Shown one piece after another: positions 1 through 12,589 of a DNA stretch of 64,000 nucleotides (positions within the stretch are counted from its first letter, which is position 1; the number at the start of each line of letters is the position of its first letter). Source of the stretch: Felis catus. Its lineage: Eukaryota. The DNA lies in contig NC_058368.1 in NCBI RefSeq assembly GCF_018350175.1, forward strand, positions 54,872,001 through 54,936,000. Direction: 5' to 3'. The notes beneath the pieces are model-generated. The model worked only from the letters and a program-made list of their open reading frames with translations. It made no database searches and was not told the DNA's origin. The translations under genes and the position numbers were made by a program.

Positions 1-809
1 CATATTATGTGATATACAATTAATAAAAGATTGACTTTCCATAAGGTAACTGTTATAGAAATATTTTTTTCTACTTGCATTTTAATTCTAAATGTTAAGC
101 AATATATAGTGTTATCTAAACAAAAGATGTCAGAGATATACAAAATTTTTCTCCTCCGAGAACTAGGCAATGTACCCTTATGAGACTATGGCCTATATTG
201 ATTATCTTAGCGGGTTTAGGAAAATAATTTCCAATATGAAAAACATCTGTTAAGTGATAGTGCCAATATCATGTGATCTAAGATACTTACCTCTCTAATA
301 CTATCGTAAGATTTTAAATTAATAATATTGACATTTAAATACAATTGGGCCAATTATTCCAAGGCTCTTTTGTAAATGGTTCAATGTATTTTTGTATTCA
401 TTTACCTACTGGCTTCAAAAAAACCAAATTGGATATACTGGTAGCAAACAGCAATTAATCTATAAGTTATTTATGACATTCAGTATAATTACTGCTATAC
501 TCAAATGTACTGGAATTAAATAATAGGAAAAATAGACCACAATGTTTAAAACATTCACAAATGAACTTTAGCTAAGTAATTGTTTTTCTGTTTGTATTGC
601 AGAAACTTTCCCACCCACCTTTCAATTTTAACTCAGCTATCATTTCCTCCCATACTTCTTCCTACATCCTCTCTCCACTTCTTAAGCGATGAAATTGCTG
701 CTACTTCCTATATCCACTGATGCACCTTTATGAATTTCTATTAAATACCTTTTTTTAAAAAGATACTATACACACATATGCACACACACACATATTTTAG
801 ATCAGCATA

Positions 810-935
810 TCACGAGCTCCTTGAACGTAGGAATTTTAACTTGCTCATTTTTGTTTCACCAGTACATCCTCTGAGGGTTGGGACATACATGGTCTTGTTT
901 GCTGAGAGATTGTTAGAATCAATAATAAGTAATGA
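810..935 (+). mobile_element. L2 LINE 3' end remnant
   Basis: gagctccttgaa...ttgctcatttttgtttcaccagtac...gggacata...gaat resembles the decayed L2 3' terminus. Confidence 0.55.
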
Positions 936-980
936 AAGTAAAATTAGTCATTCAATGACATTTTGAATTATCCCATAAAC

Positions 981-1440
981 TCTAGTGGTCTAAATGGTGG
1001 CCACCAAAAAGATATGTCCGTGTCTAAATCCCTAGCATCTGTGATCCTGCAAACCTTTATTTGGAAAAGGAGTATTTGCAGATATAATTAAGGATCTTTA
1101 AATGAGATATCCTGTATACTTAATAGGCCTAAATATAATGACAAATGTTCCTATGAGAGACAGAAGAGGAATGAAACACCCAGAGAAAAAGGTGATGTGA
1201 TGAGGAGGCAGAGATTGGAGTGATGTGGCTATAAGCCATGGAACCCAAGAAATGAAAATAGCCACCTAAAGCTGGAAAACTAAAGGAAGGATTCTCCACT
1301 GGAGGTTGCATGGTGAATCTGACCTTGGTGACACTGATTTTGGAATTCTGGCCTCAAGAAGAATGGGAAAATAAATTTCTGTTGATTTAGGACACTAAAT
1401 TAGTGGTAATGTGTTATGGCAACTCTGGGAAACTTATGCA
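981..1440 (+). mobile_element. MaLR solo LTR, MLT1C-like
   Basis: Starts tctagtggtctaaatggtggccaccaaaaagatatgtcc, contains ggaggcagagattggagtgatg, ends aataaatttctgttg...tgttatggcaactctgggaaacttatgca; all typical MLT1 motifs. Confidence 0.85.
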
Positions 1441-2282
1441 AGTACTATAAGAAAATGTGTAAGAAATAGAAACTAACTTCCCTACCTTCAATAGCCCTAT
1501 TTATTTAATACAGACACACACACACTCTTCAGAAGAAACTTACCTTATCAATGGTTGAAAATGAATATATATAGTTTATGTTGAATAAGTTGAGGCAATT
1601 TCAAAATTTGAAATTTCAAAATTCAAAATACTGAATTATTTAACTTAGAATGTACATGGGACTGTCACAGTAATAAGTACAGCTTATTTCATGTATTTTA
1701 TCAATATATCTATTTATTTAAAGTGATTTTATTTGATTGTCAGTATGACTATTTCACAAACTGGTTAAAGTATACAGAAAATATTTTGGAAAAGTCTGGC
1801 TAAGTTGTGATTGATCAAGAATGACTACTTAAATGTGGAACTGGATCATTTCCATGCGTTCTGGCTGTTGGCAGAATTTTGAGTACACATTATTAAAGAG
1901 AGGTAGTTGCCACATTGGTCCAATGTCCCACAACAGAAGTCAGAAACTCATTTGTCAGGTAATCATTTGCATCAATCATTAAGGCATGGAGACAGCTAGG
2001 AGTCTGGATATCTGGCAATGGCAGCTCTGGTTTTTAAGAGCAGTGGTGGAAAAATTTGGAGACTACAAACTGCAGTACCTATGTCAGATGGTTTAGGCAA
2101 ATGGGACCTCCCAGGGCTTTTCGTTGTGTATTGTGAGCATAGCTCTTTGAAGTGATGTCCAAGTCTTTGGCTTTCCTTTTAATAATTTCTTTTTCTCCTT
2201 AAATCTGATAAACTGAGTTTTCTTTTCTACGCATTCAAATTACAAATTAGAAGAGAATGAGAAGTTTAGGAATTGAGGAAAG

Positions 2283-2283
<1 letters not shown>

Positions 2284-2330
<47 letters not shown>
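2284..2330. repeat. (TG)n microsatellite
   Basis: Perfect TG run of about 23 units. Confidence 0.95.
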
Positions 2331-2332
<2 letters not shown>

Positions 2333-3699
2333 AGGAGGGGAGTCTAGATTGGACAGAGTATATTACAAATAAGTGATGATTTGGCATTTTTATATAAATA
2401 TATTTGAAAATATAAACAAAATGTCTCCTTGTTTTCTCATATACCCTATATCCAATTGGATTACTTAATCACATTATTTCTTTTTAATATGCCCGTATCC
2501 CTCCTTCCTTCTTCTCTTCGCTGTTGCAATAGTCTCTCCATTGATTTCTTTGCATTCAATCTCATCTGAACTCTTTATGTGAAAAATAAATAAACCTTCT
2601 AAATAACCACTTATGTATGTTCTTTACATTATTGAATAAATTTCTCTAGCCCAAATGAATTAATTAATGAAAAGATGAATGCATATGTCATATTGCCATT
2701 GCAGTGGATCTTATAGGGCTCAATACATTCTGGTAGCAAAATACAGGAATAATTTGGATAGACATAAAAAATAAGATTTTGCTTTCTATCAATCATGAGG
2801 TTCATTAAAAGATGTGATATACCATCTCACTTTATTAAATTGGATGAATATCATGTTTTACTTTTATGTTCTATACAGTGGAAAATAAATTTTTTCTACT
2901 AACCAAAACTGTCTTTGTTGTGTTTTAGTGTAAACCATTTATCCTTAAAAATTTTGTAATACTTAATTATCTTTGCATTTATAGCTATTTTGTAGTAAAA
3001 TGTACATACAAAACATTCGTATTTTTATCTACTAAAGGAATTATTATTTTTGTTTTAATGCATTAGAATGCCAAAGCAATAAAATGTACTCTTGACATTA
3101 CTAATGCAAATAGTATGCCTTTAAAATGAATCTAAATGATAAACAGAATTACAGAATGCTTGAAAACATAACTATTCTTAGATGATAAAAAAGCTTTTCT
3201 GTTTCAACCATAATGAGATTCCTGTTTTAGTGTAATATGTAAAGCAGGCATATACAAAAGCTTTGCAAGAACTTGCCAAAATAAAAACTTCAATTCCTGA
3301 ACAGCATTTCAAAAACCTCTACATTGTAGCATTATCTTACTACATTTATATTCACCTCTGTGAACAAATTAAAGAACAAATCCTTTTTAATAGAAGTATA
3401 TCACTGGGATACATAAGATATTTCATCTTTGGGAACTTAGTCAACGACTATAGTCACTGATGTTTAAATGACGATATTTACCGATAAAACGTTTTGATAC
3501 ATATTAAGAGCAGAAAAGCATCTAATGCAATGAGGATACCTAGTTTGCAGAAGCAACGATGCCACCACCAGACAGGAGGCATGGAGCACTTCCCTTTACA
3601 CATACGACCGTCCATGAAGAAGGTGTGGCAGAAACACGTCTAACTTTCCTTCTGCTTATAAACTTGATTATGCAATGGGACTTAAAAATTGTGTGGGAC

Positions 3700-3859
3700 T
3701 GAGCCCTGGGTGGCTCAGTCAGTTAAATGTCTGACTTCAGCTGACAGCTCAGAGCCTGGAGCCTGCTTCTCTCTCTCTCTGCCCCTCCCCTGCTCATGCT
3801 CTGTCTCTGTCTCTCTCTCTCTCCCGCAAAAATAAATAAACATTAAAAGAAAAAAAAAG
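3700..3859 (+). mobile_element. Can-SINE (SINEC_Fc family) with two internal deletions
   Basis: cctgggtggctcagtc head, (CT)n and aataaataaacatt tail; B-box segment missing. Confidence 0.9.
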
Positions 3860-4017
3860 AGAGCACAAAACTTTATCTCACGGTAACTTCGCTGTAGTAC
3901 TAATTCTTTCCATATCTATACATTTAACCCCTTAACAAAAGATGCAATTATATTAAACCTATGTCTCCAGAGAAGATGAGTTCAGAGAAAATGAGATTAA
4001 GAATATATAAAACAACA

Positions 4018-4246
4018 GGGCGCCTCCGTGGCTCAGTCAGTTAAGTGTCTGACTTAGGCTCAGGTCATGATCTCACAGTTTGTGAGTTCGAGCCCCATGT
4101 CAGGCTCTGTGCTGACAGCTCAGATCCTGGAACCTGCTTCAGACTCTGTGTCTCCCTCTCTCTCTCTGCCCCTCACCTGTTTGCTCTCTTGCTCTTTCTC
4201 TCTCTCGCTCTCTCTCAAAAATAAATAAAATGTTAAAAAAAATTTA
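4018..4246 (+). mobile_element. Can-SINE (SINEC_Fc family)
   Basis: gggcgcc...gtggctcagtc head, gagttcgagcc B box, (CT)n, A-rich tail; degenerate TSD aagaatata(t/c)aaa. Confidence 0.95.
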
Positions 4247-4902
4247 AAGAATATACAAAGCAGGGTACTTAGTTCAGGAGTAAATAAAATGAGCTAGGAG
4301 AAAGTGTTTGGTTACTCTTCATTAATTTCTTCAACATAGTTTAGAGCTGCTTCTGTGTGCCAGGAATACTACTGAAAACAGTTATAATGGCTGAGATATT
4401 TCCTCATCTTCAGTCACTCTCTGATTGCCAGTGTATACTCTACTGGACTACCATTATAAATATTTCCTAAGTATTTTGAAATCTAACGTGTGTTTAACTC
4501 AGCATTACATTAAATTTTAAAAGTCATGAGCTCGTGAGTTTGATGTACTCGACCTAATTTATAATACTTGTGAAGACAAAAGTGTTACTATTGGAGTAAA
4601 ACAAAAATTCCAACCAAAAAAATCAGCTGATTGGAATGATAAATGAATAACAGATAGTACGTTGGGTACATTACAGTTTTAAAAGTCTGTTCATTTTTCT
4701 AGAAAATCCACATTAAAATAAATGCCAAATTTGAATGCCACTATAGCAAAATTAAAAAGAAAAACATATACATTATTGAAATAGTCCTGTACACAAAAAC
4801 GAATGCAATTTTTCTTGGAAACGTTCCTTATTTCTGCTCCTATAACTGTGACAAATGTCTTAATTTTGTTGGTTAGTTATCAGATTAATAAATTATAACT
4901 AT

Positions 4903-5121
4903 GGGCACCTGGGTGGCTCAGTCGTTTAAATGTCCAAGTGACTCCTGGTTTCAGCTCAGGTCATGATCCCCTGGTTCATGAGTTAGAGCCCCGTCAGCTG
5001 TGCACTGACAGTGTGGGGCCTGCTTGGGATTCTGTCTCTCTACATCTCTCTCTCTCTGCCCCTCCCCTGCTTGCACTGTCTCTCAAAATACCTTAAAAAA
5101 AAACTTCAAACATAAAATAAA
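4903..5121 (+). mobile_element. Can-SINE (older subfamily)
   Basis: gggcacctgggtggctca head; TSD aaattataactat. Confidence 0.93.
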
Positions 5122-5936
5122 ATAAATTATAACTATAAATACAAAATCAATATACATTTACCACAATGTCAAAATAATTCATTTCTTAAACTTGTTTCTA
5201 CTTTCTATTTTTTCTGATTTATGTTATTATGTGTCATTAGCCCTTCTGTAAATACCCCAGTTTGAAACAGTAACTGGTGGTGCATAATATATACCTAATA
5301 CTTAAAGTGAAATGATGTTTCACAAAATATATGTTCTAAAAGGAAAAAATAAAGCATTTTGTATATGTACTTCAACTGAATGAAAATTCTACCTGCACAT
5401 ATGAAAATTAAAGAAAATCAGAAAAAATGTGTTTATTTTATTATTTTGAAGTCATTGACTTCTGATCACAAGTTCACACAACTGCCATGTGTCTATAAAG
5501 TTTCAGTTAAATCAATTAGTTAAATGAATGCATATGCTAAGAGTGAGGGGGAAGTCATACATAACCCCAAATTATTCACTGAAAAAGTATCTTTGCTCTA
5601 CTCTCACAAATATAGATGAACTTGAGAAGTTCTTTAAATCTTTGTTTATAACTGATATGACCCTGTAGAATATGTGAACTTTTGATTTTTGCAAGACATC
5701 ACTTGTTTATCAAGTTAAAACTTATTAGAAATGTTTCATCATCCTTGCAGGACAAGTTACTCACAGTCCAAGTTACTCAAGTCCAATTTTTCTCCTAAAT
5801 TCCTAAATTTTCATTACAATAAAAGTGATATATGTAGGTCTCTGTGTACATATATGTATACACACATATATATATATTCATATGCAAACATTGAGACCAT
5901 ATATGAAGTGATAGCCACATCAAAAATTTAATTGTA

Positions 5937-6149
5937 GGGGCGCCTGAGTGGCTCAGTCGGTTAAGCGTCCAACTTCAGCTCAGGTCACGATCTCGCGGTC
6001 CGTGAGTTTGAGCCCCGCGTCAGGCTCTGGGCTGATGGCTCAGAGCCTGGAGCCTGTTTCAGATTCTGTGTCTCCCCCTCTCTCTGCCCCTCCCCCACTC
6101 ATGCTCTGTCTGTCCCTGTCTCAAAAATAAATAAAAACATTTAAAAAAA
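5937..6149 (+). mobile_element. Can-SINE (young SINEC_Fc-like)
   Basis: CpG-retaining body with gggctgatggctcagagcc; TSD aaaattta(a/g)ttgta. Confidence 0.95.
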
Positions 6150-6278
6150 ATTTAGTTGTAACTTTATAAAATGTTTTGCTTATATATGACCAGTTTAAGA
6201 AGAGTCCAGACTAATCAGAAGTTTATAGCTTGCAGAGGATTGCACTGTCTTGAATGTAAGTCAAAGGAATCCCCAAGA

Positions 6279-6279
6279 A

Positions 6280-6319
<40 letters not shown>
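6279..6319. repeat. (AAT)n microsatellite
   Basis: About 13 AAT units; gives the poly-Tyr in ORF 6215..6607. Confidence 0.95.
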
Positions 6320-6699
6320 TTTCCTCAGTTTGAAATGAAAGGATATGCCTGTAAGATGTGACTCTGACTCAATATGGGGCCAAATATCAATCTTCATAGC
6401 CATCTTCCCCCACAAGAAATGTATGTTTGCCAGAGTATGTAATATCTGTTTTCTACTTGCCCCAAAAGTCATACAAAAAGGCTGGTTTCTCACAGAGGCA
6501 TGTGTGCCATATAAGGAGGGGAGATTCTTCAGTAAGTCATTTTGGGCAGCTGTAATACTCTTTCTGCCAGGACTGTCCCTGGCTGTGCCTCCCATTCTAT
6601 TTCCCATGGACTAGAAAATCTCAAAAACTGACAGCTCAAAATTAAAATACCCCTCAATTTTACCCTTAATTCTTTATGTAGGCCTAATTATATTGATGA

Positions 6700-7320
6700 G
6701 AGTCCATGAAATCTATTTCAGAACTGATTTCATCTCCTAAATTTAGGGGACATATATCACAGAAAAAATATATATACATTCAAAAGAAGAAGAGGACACT
6801 CAAGTCTTTACTTACTGGGAAAGAAAAAAAAAAACAAGACACAGAAAAATTATATAATCAATTATTCAATATTCCCAAGAAAGACACATATGGAAACCAT
6901 ATTTATAAAAGAAATGTAGAAATCAGTAACTGGAAAAAATCTGAGATCAATTTTTTTGAGTTTTAAACATAATCACTGAATTTCAGAAATATCGAGTCAT
7001 GGAACAAATAATCTGAATATCAAAAAATATGAAACAATTAGGGGAAAATGTCAAGAATATCACTGAATTGAGAAAAAAATACAAAACTCTATAACCCTGA
7101 AAGTATTAGAGACATTTAGGATTAATCTAGGATGCAAAATATACATATATGCTGCAAAAATTAGAGAAGTAAAAAAATTGTGAAATAAAAATATCAACTA
7201 AAGATGTAACAACAGCTTCCTGAAATGAGATACAAATGAAACAAAACAAAACAAAAAAACACTATACAGAGAGTAACATAATGTTACTTAATGTCAAGAA
7301 TCATGAAAACTTTGTTTTTG
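6700..7320 (+). mobile_element. Highly decayed old L1 (ORF1 region)
   Basis: Strongly A-rich sense strand with L1 ORF1-like segments; no intact frame. Confidence 0.4.
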
Positions 7321-8260
7321 CATTAGGATAAAAAACATTTATATGTTTTTAAATGTTAAAATCTGATTATTTGTCTTTAATTACTTGAGTCAAAATAGAT
7401 TATTATAAACTGTCTTATAAAGAAAACATAGGTGCAATGTCATTGCCATATCACTCAAAATATCAGAATTAGATATATAAATAAAAATTATAAATTTCGG
7501 CAATCAAGTGAACAATGGTCTTCCTTGACAGTTACTGACAGTTACTCTAATGAGAACAGATTCAAGTTCAGAATGTAAATTATGATATTCTGTCACACTG
7601 AGAAGATTTCAGAAACATACAAGGAAGCATTAGAAAAAGTCTACAAAACTCCTACTGTGCCTAACTGGTTTTAAAGCATGGTCAACCTTTTCAAATTAAT
7701 GAAAGTTATGTTTTATTCTAACATCATTCTTTCCTTGTTGTTTCTAGTTATGTATTATAGCTTGTTTCTTTTTATAATGCTAGGTACCTAAAGAGAAACA
7801 CATTTCCTAAATCAAGAAGAGAAATTCTAATTTTTCTTTTGAGAAATGTTATCAACTGCAGTAAACAATTGTGCTAACAATGTGTGCTAACAATGTACAC
7901 AAATATAAGACAACAGTGATGCTACAAAATAAAAAAAAATATGTATATTGCTTCTGTGTAGGTAAATTAAACAAGATTTCAACAATGTGGACATTCCCAG
8001 CAATATACAATCTGGTAGCTCACAATGTCACTTTGTTCCCTTCGTGCAGAATGACTTAGGGAGTTTCATTTGTCTTTCTGCAACTATAAATCGTAAGGTG
8101 AGCTGTGAAAACATTTACTACTAAAGAAGTATATAACAATTAGCCCTTACACTTCAAAGTCAAAGAGAAATGAAACATACTGTTTTTAACACTTGAATGA
8201 AAGGAATGTTTTTCTGCCATACATCCATTTCTAAATCACCATTCTATTCCCTTTGCTGGC

Positions 8261-8279
8261 GGGGGGGGGGGGGGGGGGG
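8261..8279 (+). repeat. Poly-G tract (G19)
   Basis: 19 consecutive G. Confidence 0.95.
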
Positions 8280-9471
8280 AGATAAAGCGATTGAAAACAG
8301 GATGATGTAAACAAGCCATCAGAATTTTCTCATATATCATCTCCTGAATTGGCAAGTTCTGTGTGGAATTAGTTTATATGTATATATAATAAAGTGACTT
8401 TCTGAATTGTTGACATATTGATACATATGATCTTCTTTTATATATGTGTGTGTGTGTGTGTGTATTTTTGCTTTTCTTAGTTGGTAGTCAGGTCATTAAA
8501 AACACTTTAAATTTATGTTAAATTTTTCTGATATCTGAATATATTGTTTTATTATAAAATGGATTCAATTAAGATCTTTCATGTATGCCCTTGACGCTAT
8601 CCCTCTGCATATGAAGATGAAGATCATTCTCTATTTGTTCCATTAATATGTAAGATTTCTATAATGTGGCTTCATAAGGGCCTAGGAACTACTGTAACTC
8701 TTCATAGAGCCCCTAATTCCACACATGTAGAATAAACCCTGTTTTGTAGCCCTATCTCATATCTCTTCCATGGGACTCTCACCATACATAAAGACAGTCT
8801 CTAAGAGGTCTAGACCAAATGTGGTCAGCCTCTAATTGAGGAAAACCAGTTATCTCATGATCCTCAAGTTCACTGAATTGTCCATATACCTATGTCCCAA
8901 AAGACATCAAGTGTTATATTGTCCTGTGGTCCCTCCCAAAACTCCCTTCCCCTTCGCCCACCCATACTCATCAGTTCTTATGCTCACCATATGAGCCTTT
9001 ATACTGCTCTATGTCAGCCAATGCCCTATAGAAACTCATGAATACCAAGGCACTCATAAATCTCAATCTATATAAATATCCTCTTCACTTCAAAAACTAA
9101 GAATCAAAATTTCCCTCAAGTGTCACTTCCATTCTATCACAGTCTTTACACTTCTAATCCCCACATCTTAGTCGGAATTACATATTAAAAACCATGAAAG
9201 ACCAAATATATCAACATATCAACAATTCATAAATATCACTTCCTTCTCTGATTTTACGGACCTGGTTCTTAACAGTTTGGGGTAGTACATGACATACCTG
9301 GAAACAGTTCCTTACAAATACTACCATGTCAGTTATTGATTATGAAACCTAACCAGATTATTATAGTGTGAGATGCAGATAAACTTACTATGGTCAGTTA
9401 TTAAGAGTAATAAATGAACATTTATTAAGAGGAACTCACCTTTAAATGTTAAAAAAAAAATTAAAAAAAAA

Positions 9472-9691
9472 GGGGGGCGCCTGGGTGGCTCAGTCGGTTA
9501 AGCATCTGACTTCGGCTCAGGTCATGATCTCGCAGTCCATGAGTTCGAGCCCTGCGTCGGGCTCTGTGCTGACAGCTCAGAGCCTGAAGCCTGTTTCAGA
9601 TTCTGTGTCTCCCTCTCTCTCTGACCCTCCCCCATTCATGCTGTCTCTCCCTTTCTCAAAAATAAACAAACGTTAAAAAAATTTAAAAAAA
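9472..9691 (+). mobile_element. Can-SINE nested in an orphan A-rich tail
   Basis: Full-length SINE; outer TSD aagagga(a/c)ctcaccttt at 9427-9443 and 9692-9708. Confidence 0.95.
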
Positions 9692-9857
9692 AAGAGGACC
9701 TCACCTTTGTTTAGATCACTAATTTATCACACAGTGTAAGCAAAGATTTTTACTTGTCTCTCAAATGCCTATATATTTGAAAATACCAGACAGGTACAAA
9801 TAAATAGCATTTCCAATCATGTTTATATTAATTCATTGTTAAGATTAATGTGCTTAA

Positions 9858-10068
9858 GGGGCGCCTGGGTGGCTCAGTCAGTTGAGTGTCCACCTCCAGC
9901 TCAGGTCATGATCTCGGGGTTTGTGAGTTCTAGCCCTGCGTCGGGCTCTGTGCTGACAGCTCAGAGTCTGGAGCCTGCTTTGGATTCTGTGTCTCCCTGT
10001 CTCTCTCCCCCTCCTATGCTCATGCTCTGTCTCTCAATAATAAATAAACATTAAAAAAAATTTTTTTA
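9858..10068 (+). mobile_element. Can-SINE
   Basis: Perfect 17-bp TSD aagattaatgtgcttaa at 9841-9857 and 10069-10085. Confidence 0.96.
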
Positions 10069-11456
10069 AAGATTAATGTGCTTAATTTTAAATCTTCTAA
10101 TTTGTTTTTTTTTCCCATTACCTTATACTGCATTTTTTCTTTTTTCTTTTTTTTTTGGGGGGGGGGGTTGGTGGCCAGCATAAGATATTATGTTTAGAGG
10201 AAGATGACAAAATGTACAAGTAAGGGACGATATTTTATAATACAATCATTTCTTTTCTAAACTGTGAGGTTAAATTGAGATGTCTTATTATCCATGATCA
10301 TGCAACAAATAGCATTTACTAAAGATTTATAGAGCACTACAATTTTCTCCCTTACATTTTGTTTACAAAAATAAGCCTGTCCTATTATACAGGACCCTAT
10401 AAGATTTTTTAAATATTCAAGGTAGAACAAATTAATGTGACATTTCCATGAATCAATTCTGGCCACCTGAAGGTCCCAAATGAAATTGCCCATGACAACA
10501 ATAAAGTATGAGGTGGTGGGGCAGACAGAAGACACCAACAATAGCAGCCCCACCATTTTCTATTATCTTGTGTCATTATATCCATGAGGGTCTATCCCTT
10601 GGGGAAGACTAAATACTGTGCAGGGTGTTTCATGGGTCAGTTTATAATCTCTAGTGGGTTCTCTGTGTTTAACAAACCGTTTCCTCATGTTTATTTACCT
10701 CAACACTAAGCTCCTTACTCTTTATGGTATCTTTCTAACCATAATGTTTGGACCCATTCACTTCTATTTTGGTTAACCCAACTTTTTAATTACGTAACAT
10801 TTGGCTTGTTACTGATTGATACTGACCTGTTTATTCTGACATTTCTCTAAATTTCCAGTCAGTAGCAGACAATGGAGCACACACAACTGATGAAAGCATA
10901 TTTGGATGTTGAATGCTTTCATATGTCACTCTTACATTCTTATAGTGCATCTGAATAGGGAGGAGGCAATGTATTTCTTCTGGAAGAGGGAAGATCATTT
11001 GTAAATATATGTATTCCAGAAGAAAGCGTTATCTGTGTTTGAATATATGTTTGGGTATAAACTGAAAGTGATTTGAGGCTGTCAAAAATACTTAACCTGC
11101 CAATATATTTCTTACTTAGACACTTAGTTGTTCTTTAGCATTATAGAAATAATACAATATGTTTCAGAATCCTGAAACATTTATGCATCTTATGTTGCAT
11201 AATTATGCATCCTATGTTGTATAATTGAAATGCAGTATATAAGGTAGACCATGGGAGATGGTCCATCCAGGTCAGGTAAACAGAGGCCACATTAGAAGAT
11301 AAAACATCCAGAATTTATTTCCCAGTGTGTGAGAACTTGAATTTAATTCTGTACCAGAAATTCTAAATTAGGATCACTGTAGTTAAATCACTCTAGAAAC
11401 AAGATTGAGCATAAATTAGAGCATTAATATAATGATTTAGTTTATAGTATAGCTTT

Positions 11457-11482
11457 AGTATCTGTGCTGCCGGAGCAAGCAC
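11457..11482 (-). pseudogene. RNU6: 3'-truncated U6 snRNA retrocopy (U6 nt 1-26)
   Basis: Minus strand GTGCTTGCTCCGGCAGCACAGATACT vs U6 GTGCTCGCTTCGGCAGCACATATACT (23/26); perfect 19-bp TSD tagtttatagtatagcttt at 11438-11456 and 11483-11501. Confidence 0.9.
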
Positions 11483-11769
11483 TAGTTTATAGTATAGCTT
11501 TGCATATAGAAATCAAACTGATGTAAACAACAGCCTTTTAATATAGACAGGGTATGCAAATATTTATATGTTATTGACCACCAACACTAATACTTGCCTA
11601 CTTTTTTTGATGATATAGATTTTAAGAACAGATCTTTTGGCTTCCAGTCTGGAATTGTGTTCATGTTCAATTCTGACTTTTTAGTAACAATTTAGATAAC
11701 ATTTGTAAAGTATGCAAGATGTGGCACTGTCCCAAGAAATTGAAATTTATTAAAAAAAATAATCCTAAA

Positions 11770-11937
11770 TCTATAAAATAGCAATATTACTTCAAATATA
11801 CAGATAAGTGAATAGGATATAGAAACATTAAGTAACATGGTCATACCTACCTCTAATAAATGGTGGACTAGAACACTAACCCAAGATTTATATCTACATG
11901 GCCCAAATTTTTAACAGTTATTTAACATTGCCTCTCC
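11770..11937 (-). mobile_element. MIR remnant
   Basis: tacagataagtgaa...taagtaacatggtca...taaatggtggactag...aacccaag...ttaac...ttgcctc follows the MIR core. Confidence 0.6.
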
Positions 11938-12589
11938 CTTGATTATACTTATATTCTCTTTTATGTTTATTATTGACAGAAAATTACCTGACTAAGAAAA
12001 AAATCTCAAGTCTCTTCTACTAGTACTTTTGTAAATACACAATACAATTGAGGAATTTAATGTGTTTTGTCCATTAGATTCATAAAACTCAAACTATTCA
12101 TAGGATGCTGAAACATATTATATTATTTCTATAATGATAAAGAACACCTAAGCTTCTGAGCAAGAAATATATTGTCAGGTTAATTATTTTTGACAGCCTG
12201 AAATCACTTTCAGTCTATGCACAATACTTCTAGGAATGTGACCCTAGATTGACTCTCTGGTCTACTTCATTACCAATACGAAAATCCTATGAATCACAGT
12301 CCCTCATAAATGACATTTCTATAAAGAGTGACACACAACTGAATATTTCTCAATTCCCCAATTAAACCTTATATTTCAATATAAAGAGTATGCCTGTCTA
12401 CATCACTAAAAGATGACATAACTGCTTCATACATGAATCAGGCACTTGTAAAGGTTTTAAAATAACAGAATGATATTTATCTTTAATAACAGTATTAACA
12501 TACATAGTAACTCCTACACATTTCAAAATTATTCATAAAAATAAAATAGGTTCTATGTCTCTATTTACTTGGCAAATTTAACCATCTCT

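Larger units (their letters stand above)
11051..12224. repeat. 123-bp diverged inverted repeat; arms 11051-11173 and 12102-12224
   Basis: Manual ungapped alignment of the left arm to the reverse complement of the right arm: 109/123 identical; 928-bp spacer. Confidence 0.93.

Noticed and set aside
5948..6130. Recurrent ORFs of the type MAQSVKRPTSAQV...SLEPASDSVSPSLS, seen many times in the track
   Set aside because: They are translations of Can-SINE bodies, not a protein family or gene array.
6215..6614. 130-aa and 89-aa overlapping ORFs
   Set aside because: No recognisable domain or splice context; the poly-Tyr comes from an (AAT)n microsatellite.
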